Shown here piece after piece: positions 63,931 to 64,000 of a stretch of 64,000 nt of DNA. The DNA is taken from NCBI RefSeq assembly GCF_964355755.1, contig NC_092670.1, positions 27,080,795 through 27,144,794 on the forward strand, written 5' to 3'. The position numbers and the translations under genes were made by a program. The number at the start of each line of letters is the position of its first letter. The first letter of the stretch is position 1. The stretch comes from Antedon mediterranea. Its lineage: Eukaryota; Animalia; Echinodermata. The notes below the pieces were generated by a model. It was given only the letters and a program-made list of their open reading frames with translations. It did not search any database and was not told the origin of the DNA.

Positions 63931-64000
63931 AATTCTGGGGTAGCACTAACATTTCATTTTGTTTAGCCATTTGGCGAAAGTCAAAATGTTTTTTTTAGTC

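Overview
AT-rich eukaryotic (most likely marine invertebrate) DNA, almost entirely transposable elements. One host gene is readable. PYM1/WIBG (partner of Y14 and Mago) lies on the minus strand, with coding exons 52557-52512, 46477-46384 and 3432-3033 (179 aa, GT-AG introns with matching phases) and a 42,951-bp intron. That intron contains two Rex1/Babar-like LINEs, a near-complete DIRS1-like tyrosine-recombinase retrotransposon, a Tx1/L1 LINE, a Gypsy element with a 108-bp LTR, a Helitron, and Academ-, Harbinger-, hAT-, Tc1- and Chapaev-like non-autonomous elements, often nested several deep. A second Helitron plus piggyBac- and MULE-like elements lie further upstream. Two items stand out. 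(1) A Helentron/DINE-1-like composite carrying pairs of tRNA-Val(AAC) genes, amplified head-to-tail and inserted as one block into the Tx1 ORF2. (2) A decayed, apparently intron-containing gene with Zator/TP36-like DDE motifs and a C-terminal ING-type PHD finger. Family names come from motif and terminus recognition by eye, not from database searches.
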